A stretch of DNA of 59,507 bases from Chiloscyllium plagiosum (GCF_004010195.1 NW_025215381.1:472053-531559); one strand, 5' to 3'. Shown: positions 13,611-27,068, counted from the first letter of the stretch. Notes: a model not told the origin generated them from the sequence alone. Numbers and translations: made by a program.

Positions 13611-15328
13611 CCTTGAGTTCAAAGCTAGTGTTGCGCGGACACACATAATACTTGCTCTCCAGGTTCTTTTAATGCTTCGTATCAAATTTAAAATGTACAC
13701 TACATGAAATGGGATGTACTCTTTTAGGATTTGGAAGTAAGTTAGCACAGCATACAGTTCAATAAAGCATTCCTCACATAAATCTTCAGCACTCAAAGTT
13801 GGGGAAATGGGGGGAAGGTGGTCAGGAAATATTGCATTTTTCATCACAAAACAGCATGCATTGATAGAATTCCAGAAAGGAGGCAGATCAACAATCATAA
13901 GCATGCTTGATCCAAATTCAATCCAGAGTCAAAGTGAATCCAGTGCCCCATCAAGGCAGCTTTGTTTCTCCCCATCTTCAGAACAATTCTCCACCTGAAA
14001 AGAATACTTCACCTTCTTTCGGTCTCCCAGTGCTGCCCACCTATACAGTGGATGAGGGCAACCCGCAAAAGCAAACTGCTCCCAGATCTCTGTCGTAGGT
14101 GCCCCACATCCAACAGTATGGAGGAAAGATGATAACAAACCCAAATCTTTTGCCCTCCCTCTGACCACATTGCTCCCAACAAGCCTATAGACAATTGGAA
14201 ATCTAACACATGCGAGGAGAAACCGCATGCAGGAAAAGGATGTCCTAACAATGCAGCAGAGATTTATCACGCTAAACCTGTTGCAGCATCATGCTGCCAC
14301 CGAGAGGGCAAATATTCACTTCAGACTCATTCCAAATTCAGTCCATTTGCACTCCATGCCTCATGCAAATAGGTTGCTGATTTGGATTTAAACTGAACTA
14401 AAAAGAAGAAATAAAAAATCCAGTGCAAACAGGGTTCATAGTGCACTGGTTACTAGGACAATCTGCAAGAGGCTACACAGACACATACAGAGGTATAGGA
14501 TAGAACACTGAAGGACTGGACTTCTACTGAGATGGAAATGGTTCAAAGGGGTCATTCAATATTTATTTTACAAGAGTACGTAAGAGTAATCCTGAGGTGG
14601 GCAGAGTGGAAAGGTAGGGAGGTGAGGAGGGGAGGGGTGGAGTGGGAGTGTTGGGCAGAAAGAATGTCCAAACCTGTATATACCTTGCCAGTTAGCATGT
14701 CGACAAAAGGACCTAACAATAAAAAAAATAAAAATCATTCTCAAACACATAAGAGGACATGATAAGCCCATTAACTTGCAACTTGTTTTTGCTGGAGTGA
14801 TCACAACATGGAGGGATTGAGATTAGTTTGAGGACACGAGAAGCCAAGTTAACACCAAGGTCACTCAGCATCCCACCCACTTCAAAATGGTTACGAATGC
14901 CTGCACCAGCATGAGTGTACCTCCTCCTCACCTTCCAATGCCACCTGAAGCCCAAAAACATTTATGGAACAAGAACTCATCTAAATCTGTTCCTTTTCAT
15001 AAATTGCTTTGAGGTGTACCCAAAGACACGTATTAAACTGGGAAACATTCAGAATATTGCAACTCTCGATCTCAATGATCTGAGGTTATGATCACAGCCG
15101 TTTATAATTGGAACTATATTTTCTGGGGCAGTGGGTTGGGGGAAAAGGTTCAGATAGGTTAGAGATAAGGTGTTGGGTGGGGGAGGGAAGCAAGAGGAGA
15201 AAGGAGGAATCAGAAAGGAAAACACCCTGGTTACTCCTGTGAAAATGTTGCATGACCCCTCTCCGGGTTAGGAGCAGACACCTTGGAATGATATGAGCGG
15301 ATGAGGATTTGCAGCCTGCACCATTTAC

Positions 15329-15415
15329 CAGAAGCAGAGCCTGTTCCTGCAGTAGCTGCTGTTGAAGAATCTCTAACTGCCTCTGCTCCTCCTCTAATTG
15401 ATGTCTTATGTACTC
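15329..15415 (-). CDS. MINK1: MINK1-like, 87-nt symmetric (phase 0-0) probable cassette exon
   Basis: cag|GAG...CTG|gtaaat; [29 protein letters not shown], homologous to the isoform-variable 29-aa segment of TNIK/MAP4K4/MINK1; not shown in the ORF track in this frame. Confidence 0.92.
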
Positions 15416-15556
15416 CTGGAGACAGAGAACGCAAAATGAAGCACAGGTAAAGAAAAAGGAAACAAGTCAGAAAAAAAAAGTCACAAGTAGCACAACTCCT
15501 ACTCCCAGATACAAAATAGCCAAGATTTCTGAAGTAAAATTTGAAACAAATAGAGA

Positions 15557-15574
15557 GTGTGTGTGTGTGTGTGT
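15557..15574. repeat. (GT)n microsatellite
   Basis: gtgtgtgtgtgtgtgtgt, about 140 nt upstream of the cassette exon acceptor (CA repeat on the pre-mRNA). Confidence 0.9.
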
Positions 15575-16112
15575 AGGAAGGAAGGGGCTGAAGCTTAACC
15601 CAACAGTTTTATTGAGAAATTGTTTCAGGTATTCTCCACACAGCACATTATACATAATATTGGACAATGAGGGCACTCAAATGAATTTGCCACACCAAGG
15701 ACTGAACAATGAAAATGGAGCTCAAGGCTCTACATCAAACAAAATCACACTCATTGTCTTAATGCCATGTTTTCCAGCATACAATTCACTGTCAAATTAT
15801 GCAGAATGAAAAATCTTGAATATCTAGAAAGAAATTGCATATTTGCAATTACATGCAGAGTGCACAGGACTGGACTAACTGGATACCTTGTTCAAGGGGC
15901 AGCACAGGCACAATGGACTGATCAGTGTTCACTCAGTGCTTAGCACACATTGCTGCACAATCCTGTCCTTTTACCTACCTCTTGGTCTCAAATTTGCCAA
16001 GGTTAGCCAAGACTCAGTTGATTGTTAAGAATAAAGCCTTTTGCATTCAAGGAAGGGTTGAGACAAACACTTCTGAGGTTAGATTGGAGTGAGGTCTTGT
16101 GACACTGCATCA

Positions 16113-16313
16113 AATTGGAAAACTTTAAATACAAATAGAAAATGCTGGAGAAACGCAGAGGGCCTGGAAGCATCCGTAGTGAGAGAAAGAGGGTTGAAAT
16201 TTTGAGCTGTGTCATATTGGACTCGATGTTAACCTTGTTTATCTCACTACAGATGCTGCCAGAGCTGCTGGGTTGCTCTAGCATTTTCTACTTGTATTTC
16301 AAATTTTCCAATT
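16113..16313. mobile_element. Old Penelope-type fold-back repeat
   Basis: aattggaaaactttaaatacaaatagaaaatgctggag is inverted as ctctagcattttctacttgtatttcaaattttccaatt; interior resembles the other Penelope terminal repeats. Confidence 0.65.
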
Positions 16314-17071
16314 CTAAAAAATTCCAATATCTATTGATCTATGTAATTACAATGCTTTAAAATGTAATAAGCTGGAATAAAAACACTTTCAAAACCACAC
16401 CTAAACTTTTGAATTAGTCATGTTTAGCCAACACTGCAAGAAGCTTCAAAGCCGTGCAAACACACACTTACAGGACTAGCAGAATGAGTAACCAAGGATT
16501 CCTGTGCCACTGTCAGAATTTTGTCGAGGAGTATCATGTGAGGGAGAGAGAAAGACAAATCCTCTGAGCAGGAGGGCAAAGAGTAGTATGTGTTACTTGC
16601 AGCACTTCCAAAGAAGACGGGAAATGAGGGGTAGTGTGTGCAACCAACTGCTGAACAAGTACGGTGAAGGCTCTCCTTCCTCTACAACCCACTTGAGAGT
16701 GCAGAAGTCACTAAAGTGTAGTTTCAACTCTCCCTTGCTTCTTCAACTGAGTGACCAATTCGCAAGGCTATTAAGAGCCTGATCATGTCCTCATCCAACA
16801 CTCTCAGACTTTTTGTTTCCACTGGAGAAATTGCTGGATGGTTAGGCATGAGGACTCTGGCTGAATTAGCAGCTCCCTTAGCCAGGGGTATAGAGGTTAG
16901 CTACAGTGCTGCCCCTGATAAGGTCAGCACAGCTGAGAAAGCCTGAACACGGGGCCGATAGACCCAAGGGGCTTTGCACAAGAGGAAAAGCCAACTGCAA
17001 GTTTGCAGCACAAGTGCCAAAGAGGACCTCCTTGCTAACCACAAACGTAAAAATTTCATCCATTTATATAC

Positions 17072-17188
17072 CTGCTCTCGCTCAGCTTGTTTCCTCTCCT
17101 CTTCTCTGCGTAGCTGCTGCATCTCGTCCAGCTGCCTCTGATGCTCTTTCTCTTGCTGTTTGCGTAGTTCCCGTTCTCGCCGTTGTTG
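17072..17188 (-). CDS. MINK1: MINK1-like, exon ~13 (117 nt)
   Basis: tag|CAA...CAG|gtatat; QQRRERELRKQQEKEHQRQLDEMQQLRREEERKQAEREQ, 39 aa, collinear with the recalled MINK1 segment QQRREREQRKLQEKEQQRRLEDMQALRREEERRQAEREQ. Confidence 0.94.
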
Positions 17189-17781
17189 CTAAAAAAAATT
17201 ACATTGCAGGTTTTACTTTAACACATTTACACTGTACAAACCAGCTTACAAATTAAAAGACTTTCTGCATCAAAGTCGATGAGAGAGATGAAGGGAGAGT
17301 CAGGAGTTCGGATCGTGGCTCATATTCATACTTATTTCAGTATTCTCGCAGTCACAGTGAAAGATTATCTTAGCCCTTTCCTCCCTAAGATTGTGTTCCT
17401 CCAAGATCTTTCAATACTTGTCACATTTCATCTCCTGTTATTGTCCATTTGCATTTGCCTCTACACACAGATGAAATTAACATGCATTTGTATAGTGACT
17501 TGAATGAACCTAGGATGCATTTTGCAGCTGTTAGAAAGACAACATCTCTAAAGTGGCTAGGTGTGTGAGGAACTGCAATCACAGCCAGATTGCCACCTTG
17601 GTCCTACCTCCCAATGAGAGCATAAGGAATAGAATAAAACAACCAAAGAAAACCCGCATCAGGTGCCAGAAGCTAAATCTGAGGAAAGCCGAGTTTGTCT
17701 ATCGATTGTGCAGGGGGAGATTAGGGAAGCAAACATTATCGGGGTAGGTGGGAATTGGAATTCAAACCACAATCTTATTGA

Positions 17782-18225
17782 TTAAACTACAGAAAGGGTT
17801 GGTCCACTCAAGGACAGAGGAGGAAAGCAATGCGTGGAGACAGAGAAAATGGGTGAGATTCTTAATGAGTATTTTGCATCGGTATTCACCAAGGAGAGGG
17901 ACATGGCAGATGTAGAGGTTAGGGATAGATCTTTAATTACTCTAGGTCAAGTCAGCATGAGGAGGAATGCCCTCGTGACCCCCAGTGTATTCTAAAAGAC
18001 ATTAAGGTGGACAAGTCCCCAGATCCGGATGGGATCTATCCCAAGGTTACAGAGGGAAGCCAGAGAGGGAATAGCTGGGGCTTTAACAGATATCTTTGCA
18101 ACACAGGGGAGGTCCCAGAGGACTGGAGAATTGCTAATGTTGTCCCCTTGTTTAAGAAGGGTAGAAGGATAATCCAGGTAATCACAGACCTGTTAGCCTG
18201 CCTTCAGTGGTAGGGAAGTTACTGC
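17782..18225 (+). mobile_element. CR1 ORF2 internal fragment
   Basis: MGEILNEYFASVFTKE, VDKSPDPDGIYP, EVPEDWRIANVVPLFKKG. Confidence 0.9.
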
Positions 18226-19824
18226 AGCGTTCCAGTGCATAAGCCTAGGCCTCTGGAATAAGAGTTCAATAATATTATGCTCCCTTTCCTCTTGTTCATC
18301 ATGCATGATTTTGTAAAAGACATTTTGCTTGACTGAGTAGGCATGGTGCTGAACTCTTCATTAAAGCATATTTGTCAATTCCAATTAATTATCACTCAAG
18401 CAAGAAGTAGGGCAGTGATGTTGTCTAATGGAGCTGGAAAAAATCAGCAGCAGGGACTGCTGAGATGCATATGTATTCTGTCCTCCACTCACGTGCACAG
18501 ATTCACACAAGGAACTAATATTGACACAGCATAGAGCAGGGAACAAAAACAAACCCAGCAGCAACATTTCTCCCGACATCTACAGCCATGCAGTTGACAC
18601 ATCAAAACTAAACCTTGTAACAAAAAAGGCAACCAATAGTAGAAAACAATTTCATTTTCAGCACCTATACGGGCAGACCCACTCTTTAATTAAACCGAGC
18701 AGGACATCACATTAATTACACCAGACAGTTGATGAAATGTGAATGAATGATAATTTGACAAAGGAAGACTCTGATCGGGGGTCTCAAAAGAGAGCCAATG
18801 CCTCCAGTCATAATCAATAAGACATACAGCTGCTTACACTGGACTCGGAGTTATAACTTTTCCGGACTCAATTTTTGTAAAATCAGGAAAGGGAAAACGG
18901 ATTCACATGATGATTTTGAGCACCCAGGGTTTGATGTATGAGCAAAGGCTCTGCCAGCCCAAATTTCCCAATGGTATAAAACGACATACAGTCAATGTCC
19001 ATAGAGCCACAAAGGCTCTAGATACATAGACTACAGAAGTACAATAGGAAGTATAGAAGGTAGCCAAAAGAGCTCGTGGAATGCTTCACAAACAGCCATT
19101 AAAGGCAGTTCAGAATTGTTAACTTGTGAATTTTAAATTTGAGATTAATAGATCTATCTTAATAAACATACTAAGGGATTTGGGCAAAGGTCTGTACGCT
19201 GGCCAAAAATTAAATCAGAATCTCACTTAACAGGTTAAAGGGATTCTGCTTGATGTCAACACATGAAACTGGAGCAGAAGTAAACTATTCAGATCCTTGG
19301 GCAGTCTGCTCCACCCTTCAACAAGATTGTAGCTGATGATCCAATTGTGTTAAATGACTTGGAAAACCTCAGAAAACATCCACTGCATCATCTCCATCTT
19401 TTCTCAGATCATTCTGGTCAGCTCGATTCAAGTCGTCAATTTGGAACAGAGTCCCTGCACTACAAAATGTTCTGCGAATGTCTCAGATCTCAGTAGCCAG
19501 CGATACCCTCAAACAAACAAATACTTACAAAGTGAACTGAATGCTAATTGAGCCCAAGTCTGTGTGTGAAATGAATGAAGGAAGGACAAGGAAGCTAAAG
19601 TTGTATGCAAACATAAATAAATAAATCAGCATATCATTGACATCTTGTCAGAAAGTACAATGAAGTGAATCAGTGTTTAACACTGCTCAGAAATACCACA
19701 CACCCAAGCATAAACAGCACACACTTAAAAAAGCCACAACATCTGGATACAACACCAAATAACAATTATAAATCACCATTTCTATTCATCAAGGCATGCT
19801 GAAACTGGACTGAAGAACTTTTAC

Positions 19825-20035
19825 CTCTTCCAGACGACGGCGCTGCTCCTTCTGCTCCTCGAGGCGTTTTTGCCGCTCTGAGATAAGCTGCCGCTTGTGC
19901 TCCTCTAGGTCCCGCCGAGGCAGCACAATTTGCTGTTGCTGCCGCCTCACAGCTTCTGATCGCTCCTTGTTCTCCTGCTGCAGCCGCAGGAAATCTCGCC
20001 TCAGCGTGGACTCACCCGGCAAGTTCACGATGGAG
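19825..20035 (-). CDS. MINK1: MINK1-like, exon ~12 (211 nt), coiled coil
   Basis: cag|CTC...GAG|gtaaaa; (S)[70 protein letters not shown]. Confidence 0.94.
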
Positions 20036-20524
20036 CTGTCATGGAAGTGACAAGAGGTGTGTAAATCCATACAGAATGACAAGCAGCATAAAGCATAGGA
20101 AGCTCCTATTTGGCACATCATTACAGCTGCTCTTTGGAAGAGCTTCCCAATAAGGACCACACCTCCACTCTTTCCCTGTTGCTCTGACATTACTCTTTCA
20201 ATCAGTCACTCAACTCTCTTCTGGAAGTTAGTACTGAAACTGTAACCACCATCTTTTCAAGCAGACCATTTCCAGACTAAGGGAGAAACTAGTAGAAGAG
20301 TAGCCTGACAAAACCTCATGATCTACTCTGGCAGTAGAAGAGACAGCTGAAAAGGATGCAGCAATTTGTCCAAATCCCCTAGATTTGGGAACAGTCCCAG
20401 CTGACTACATGATAGAAATGTATTAGATGGGCGCATGGATGATAGTAAAACGAAAGGTATGTAGCTTAGTTTGATCTTAGAGAACAATAAAGATTGGCAC
20501 AACATCAAGGACCGAAGGCTGTCC

Positions 20525-21240
20525 TATTCTATGTTCTAGTATGCTTTCACTGCCTTTTCAGGAAGAGAGTTCCGAAGACTGACAACTTGGGGGGGGCGGG
20601 GGGGATTTTTTTTAAAAATCACCTGATCTCTGAAATGGCATGGCAACCCCTTATTTTTAAACAGTCTCCCCTACTTCTAGATTGTCCCACAAATGAAAAC
20701 ATCCCCTCCACATCCACTCAGTCAGGACCCCTCATGATCTTACACGTCGCCTCTTACTCTTCTAAACACTAGTGGGTGTAAGCCCAGCCTGTCCAACCCT
20801 TTCTTAGAAGGCAATCCATTCATTCCAGTTATTAGGAAACATTCTATGAACTGCCCCAATTCAGTTACACCCTTCTTTAAACGAAGGAACCAATTCTGTG
20901 CATAGCAATTCTGTCCTGTGCAACTAACACATAAACTCCCTATTTCTGTATTCATTATGATGTTCTATTAGCTTTCCTAATTGCTTGCCTTAGCTGCATA
21001 CTAACAATTATGCCATTCATGCACTAGGATACCTACAGCCTTCACAACTGATCGTGCTGCAATCTCTCACCACTGAGATAATAAGCTTCTTTTTTCATTC
21101 TTTGTGCCAAAATGGACATTATATTCTATTTGCCACAGCTTTGTCCACTCACTGAACCCATCAATATATTTTTGTAGACTTCTTCTGTCTTCTTGAATGC
21201 TTACTTTCCAACCTTGCATGCTTACTTTCCAACCTTGCAT
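20525..21240 (-). mobile_element. Old CR1 3' fragment
   Basis: Diverged reverse CR1 ORF2 C-terminus (the 20740-20955 ORF shows LDRLGLHPLVFRRVRGD). Confidence 0.7.
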
Positions 21241-21242
21241 GC
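21197..21242. repeat. Perfect 21-bp tandem duplication
   Basis: atgcttactttccaaccttgc x2 plus atgc, at the junction of two oppositely oriented CR1 fragments. Confidence 0.9.
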
Positions 21243-23200
21243 TGTCAAAAGTTATCAGGGGGAAAAAAAGGGATAAAGAAAACTGGACACTACAGACCAG
21301 TTAGCCCAACTAATAGTTATTAGGAAAGTACTGGAATTGATTCTAAAGACTTGACAATGCACTTAAAAAAGCATATTAATACTGAGACATCTGTCTTTAC
21401 CAAGGAGGCAAGTTCTACACAGGATGTGGAGACAGAGGAAATGCATCACATTCAGGACTTCAAATTGTTAAGGAGGAAATACTGGATGAACTGTTAGCAC
21501 CTGAAGTTGCTTTAGTTGCATCCAAGATACTTAAAGAACAGAGAATAAATTGAACAGGAATTGGTCATAACCTTAGAATCCTTCTGAGACTTAGAGGAAG
21601 TATTAGAGGACTGGAGACTTAGAAACATTCTGTTGTTCAAAGAAGTTGCAAGGATAAGGCTAGCAAATACAGACCAGTCAGTTTAACGTCAGCAGTGGTG
21701 TAGATTCTAGACACAATTATTCAGTTTAGAAGTTGCAGTCACATGGAAAAAATTGGCTTGATTAGTAACAGCCAGCATAGACTTTTAAAATGGAACTCAC
21801 TTGACTAACTTGCTTGGGTTTTTTGACACAGTAGTACTAACAGGAAAGAGTCAATGAGGGTAATGCTGTTGATGTGATGCACATCAAGTTTCAAAAGGCA
21901 TTTGAAACAGTGTATGACTACAGACTTGAGAGAAAAGTTTAGCTCATGAAATAAAAGAGACAGTGGTTACAAGATTAGATTCTTCAGGTTGCAGGATGGT
22001 TTGGCATAAAGGTCCTCAAGGGTAATTACTGAATGTCTTGTCTTTCCAGTGTAGTAATGGCGTGCAGGGACGTTTTAGTACTCTGTGATTTTACAATTAA
22101 TGACATAGATCTTAGGGCACGGCTTGTAGATGATGCAAAACCTGGAAGCATTTCAATCAAAGTTGAACCAAAGGATCTGTGTCTGTACTGTATGACTCTA
22201 TTACAGTGTAGAACTCAAAGACAAAGATAATTTTTCAAAGTTTGTGCGAAGATTTGTAGCTCGGGTGCTCGTTGTTGTGGTTCTGTTCGCCGAGCCAGGG
22301 GACGAAACGTTTGCAACAAAAACTTCCAGCTTGGCGAACAGAACCACAACAACAAAGATAATTTGGCAGGGTCAGTAGACAAGTGGCAAAGGAAACTTCA
22401 TGCAGACAAATGAGAGAAATGAAGAATTTCAGTCAGAAGAACATGGACAGTCTGCAAAATAGGGCCACAATACTTAAAGGTATGCAGGAGCAGATAGATC
22501 CCACTATATGTGGCACAGATTGCAGCATCTGCTCACCAACATTTCTGCAAGGATAATTAGGGATGGCCTAGCCAGTGACACCCACATACAAACTCAAACA
22601 AACTCATTCTAGGAAGGCAGAAAAGTTAATGTACAAATACAGCAAGTGATTAGAAAGGCTAATGACATGTCAGCCTTACTTGCAAGAGAATCAGGGTACA
22701 GAAATGAAGTAGTATTGTTATAATCACTCAGACTTTGATGAGACAGTACAATATGCAGTTTTGGTCTCCAGACTGAAGGAAACAAACTGAAGCATTGGAG
22801 GTGGGACAAGGACAGTTTACTAGACTGGTCCTGGGGACGAGGGGGACAGTGAGAGGCTCAGTAAACGGGGTTGGTATTTCTTTGAGTTTAGTGGAATGAA
22901 TGGTCACCTCATTGAAATATTCAAGATTTTGAAGGGACTTGAAAAGGTCGACACAGAGATTGTTTTACCTGGCTGGGTAATCTGAGGTCATAGTCTCAGT
23001 TGCAAATCATTTCAGAATGAAATGCAAAAAATCTTTTCACTTCAAAGTTGTGAATCTTTAGGAGAGCTCTATCCCAAAGAGCTCGTGGATGCTATTTTGA
23101 TTGAATATATTTAAAGCTGGGATAGAGATATTTATGTTTTCTCAAGGGATATGGAAAACGGGTGGGAAAGTGAAGCCCAGTATTAGCCAAGATTGTAGCG
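21243..23200 (+). mobile_element. Old CR1 ORF2/3' region, heavily decayed
   Basis: Remnants of YRPVSLTS, LTNLLGFFD, FQKAF, DDAK and the 3' region; interrupted at 22234-22351. Confidence 0.75.
22234..22351. mobile_element. Penelope terminal-repeat fold-back insertion
   Basis: gttgttgtggttctgttcgccgagc and gcttggcgaacagaaccacaacaac are inverted; 13-bp TSD acaaagataattt at 22221-22233 and 22352-22364; same family as 40551-41055. Confidence 0.88.
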
Positions 23201-23880
23201 GTTGGCAGCAATGGATGAATGATTTACTGTGGTTTGCATTTCGCACATTTTCATAACCCCATGAATTTCAAGATGTCCCCAGTTCTCCACCTTAATGTCA
23301 TTCATACCAGAAGTAAACTGCTGGTCAGACTGAAAGTAAATGTCTTGGAAAGAGATTTTTAAAAGATCTCATCTCAAAAAAAAATTACAGATGCTGCACA
23401 ATTGTATAATTTTGCACTTTTTGTGTTCTGAACAACTGTAGCTGACTTCTTACTCAAGGGACAATAAAATTGGATCTTATCCATTTTACCACAGCTTTGG
23501 TATTGAAGTCTCATGTGCATACATGCCCATTTCCCACTATTTAAAAGAGAATTCATCAATCGGGCAAACTCCCAGCCCCACTCATTCATTTTATAGCAAA
23601 TGACCTGGCTCTGAAACGTGGAGTGCAAGGGAACCGATGGCAAGGCACAAAGTTGTGGCAGGGGTCCCCAGGACTAACATGAGCAGATACTAGGCACAGA
23701 CAATATTCTGATCCAACATTACCCATATTAAACAGAGCAACTTTAATTACCACTCAACAGCAAAGTTAAATTTATATGGTGAGAACAGCATTAAAATGAG
23801 TGAGGACACAGGGACAAGGAAGCTTTACGATACTCTGAATAAAACACACTTGATGCAGCTTTTTTTTTAAAAACTCATAC

Positions 23881-23950
23881 CTTGGTTCTCCTTCTTCGCC
23901 GACATTGTCCTCCTCCTCCTCACTACCACTATATTCATACTCCGTCTCTT
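23881..23950 (-). CDS. MINK1: MINK1-like, exon ~11 (70 nt)
   Basis: cag|AAG...AAG|gtatga; (E)ETEYEYSGSEEEEDNVGEEGEP(S); preceded by a 123-nt intron. Confidence 0.95.
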
Positions 23951-24065
23951 CTGTATAATAGAGATAGCCTATTACTACACTGCTGACATTATACTTAAAG
24001 ATCACAAGTTTATTACCACTGCATGTGGTGAAATGGGTACAAGTGGCTGCTGAGTAATGAACTCA

Positions 24066-24410
<345 letters not shown>

Positions 24411-25707
24411 TCAACTGCAACCTGCACTAAATATAACTGCTTTCAAAATTCTAGCACATGTCAGTCAAGGAAAATATGGAAGACAAGTGGGATCTTGCTT
24501 AAACACCTATTCCAGGATAGTAGAAGTCCTCCCCCAGTTCAGTTACAAAACTGCATTGCCAAGGAGGGACCTGTAAGTCTTCTAGCCTAACAGTGGAGAG
24601 CTGTGAATAAATGCAGACTTTCTGCAAGGTTAGATTTTAGATGTGGAAGCCAAATTACATCTAATTGAAACATTAAATTTTCAGTAAGGCAGGGCTCGAC
24701 CTCTAATCGGCCCATGAGAATTCTGGTAAGAGCATGCCTATAAGTCTGCCTTAATTCTTTTAAGGAACCAGCTTTTCCCACCATGAGCAACAGTGACACA
24801 GGCAACACAAACTTACACATCTGACACCAAGATCATAAATTTACCACGTGGGAAGTTGCCTCCCAGTTCCTCCTGCTGTAGCATTTGGCCGAAATCACCT
24901 CCCACCCATACTGACAGACTCACTTTGTATTTGCATCACACTTCCTCCCCCACAATCAGGCTCTCCAGCAGCAGCCGGTAATGTGCAAAGCAATAATCAC
25001 TGCACCCAGCAGTCCTCAGGCAAGATCAGCTATGGGAGCGAGGACGATTTACAACACATGGTGTCATCACTGCATACAAATCAGACTCATTCCTCCAACA
25101 ACACTGCATACCCCTAACTTTTGTTTGGCATTTCACATTGGTTGCAGTCAGAAATTCACTTTCCACACATTTTTTACTTGCTTCCTTGCACTCAGGAGAA
25201 AAAGGTCATTAAGTCAGTTCAGAGATTATGTTGGAGATAAATGAAGATCTTTAGTAAACCAGAAAACAAAACGTACAACTGACAATCATTGCTTCAGTGA
25301 TTACCTTAGAATGATGCATTTGGATCATGCTCCTCTCTCAACCGCCAAATGTATTTACAAACTTCATTAGAAGATTCAAACCTAGAAAACTGGATTTTTA
25401 ATTTTGCCTTCAGCCCACATCAAATTGAAAGTTACCCCAAGCAAGTCCTCAACCTTCAAATTTTAATGTAGAAATAAACCTCAATCTTTTTCTTCTTCAA
25501 CAGTGCTTCCCTATTAGCGATGCCCTCAAACTGACACCGAGATTGGTTGCAAAAACATTTTTTTCAACTTCAGACACTCCATCTTCCTGCTGCTGCAGTA
25601 CCAGTGGTGGAAGCAGAGACCACAAATAGTCACATTTGTCCCATGCTTGGAACAACCCAAAAATCAGAAGGCCAAATTCAAAATTTCAACTCAATATAAA
25701 CCTCTTC

Positions 25708-26355
25708 GAGTCATAGAATCAGATGTACAGCATGGAAACAGACCCTTCGGTCCAACCCGTCCATATATCCCAACCCAATCTAGCCCCACCTGCCAGCACC
25801 CGGTCCATATCCCTCCAAACCCTTCCTATTCATATACCCATCCAAATGCCTCTTAAATGTTGCAATTGTATCAGCCTCCATCACATCCTCTGGTAGCTCA
25901 TTCCATACACGTACCACCCTCTGCGTGAAAACGTAGACCCTTAGGTCTCTTTTATATCTTTCCCCTCTCATAATAAACCTATGCCCTCTAGTTCTGGACT
26001 CCCCGACCCCAGGGAAAAGACTTTGTCTATTTATCCTATCCATGCCCCTCATAATTTTGTAAAACTCTATAAGGTCACCCCTCCAGGGAAAACAGCCCCA
26101 GGCTGTTCAGGTTCTCCCTATAGCTCAGATCCTCCAACCCTGGCAACATCCTTGTAAATCTTTTCTGCGCCCTTTCAAGTTTCACAACATCTTTCCGATA
26201 GGAAGGGGACCAGAATTGCATACAATATTCCAACAGTGGCCTAACCAATGTCCTGTACAGCTGCAACATGACCTCCCAACTCCTGTACTCAATACTCTGA
26301 CCAATAAAGGAAAGCGTACCAAACGCCTTCTTCACTATCCTATCTACCTGCGACT
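25708..26355 (-). mobile_element. CR1 3' end, 5'-truncated
   Basis: ORFs 26075-26365 and 25780-26052 are nearly identical to the C-terminal ORF2 of the copy at 1-2647. Confidence 0.95.
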
Positions 26356-26581
26356 TGGGGATCAAATAGATGCATAGCTTTCCCTATACGATATACCTTG
26401 AATCAAAGTGATAATTTTCAATCATTTAAAAATCTAATGCACTCTGATGAAGAACTTCTTTCAGTCACCATATTGTTATTCTTGTTAGTTTGTCTCCTCG
26501 AATTCAAATTACAAGGCTCAGGTTGATGCAGTCATGTTTCTGTTCACAAAGCTTATCAACTCCGGCAGTAACATGATCACT

Positions 26582-26801
26582 TAGAATCATAGAATCCCTA
26601 CAATGCAGAAAGAGGCAATTCGACCAATCGAGACTGCACTGACTCTCTGAACAGCATCCCACCCTATTCCCATAACCCCAATTTACTACAGGTAACCAAC
26701 CTAACCTGCACATCTATGGATACTATGGGGCAATTTACAACGTCCAATTTACAACCTGCACACCTTTGGACTGTGGGAGGAAGCCGGAGCACCTGGCAGA
26801 A
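26582..26801 (-). mobile_element. V-SINE/HE1-like SINE, 3' half
   Basis: Matches 48740-48965; the 5' half continues at 30664-30760. Confidence 0.8.
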
Positions 26802-27068
26802 ATACAGTACACCTCTACATCTTAAGTGTATCTTTAAGAGAATTGAACAAGGTAACAATCTAACACTTGATTGAAACAAATAGCAGCACCTAGATTGCCA
26901 AGAAACAGAAATAAATTCAAATTGGGCCAGTTTAAATTATACCCCAAGATACCAAAATCCAATCAGATTTGAATTTAGTATTTTGATAATGTTAAAACCA
27001 ATGAACCAATCCAATGTTTTGGGGTATAAAAACTGACATTTTCAACAGTTACTGGGAGAACTACCGAA
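26802..27068 (+). mobile_element. Solo LTR-like element, left part
   Basis: Shares ataaattcaaatt...ccagtttaaattat...tttgaattt...aaaccaatga...aatccaatgtt with 4965-5080. Confidence 0.7.

Noticed and set aside
9048..17256. Plus-strand Cys/Ala-rich ORFs (9048-9257, 16906-17256)
   Set aside because: Antisense shadows of the CAG/GAG-rich MINK1 exons.
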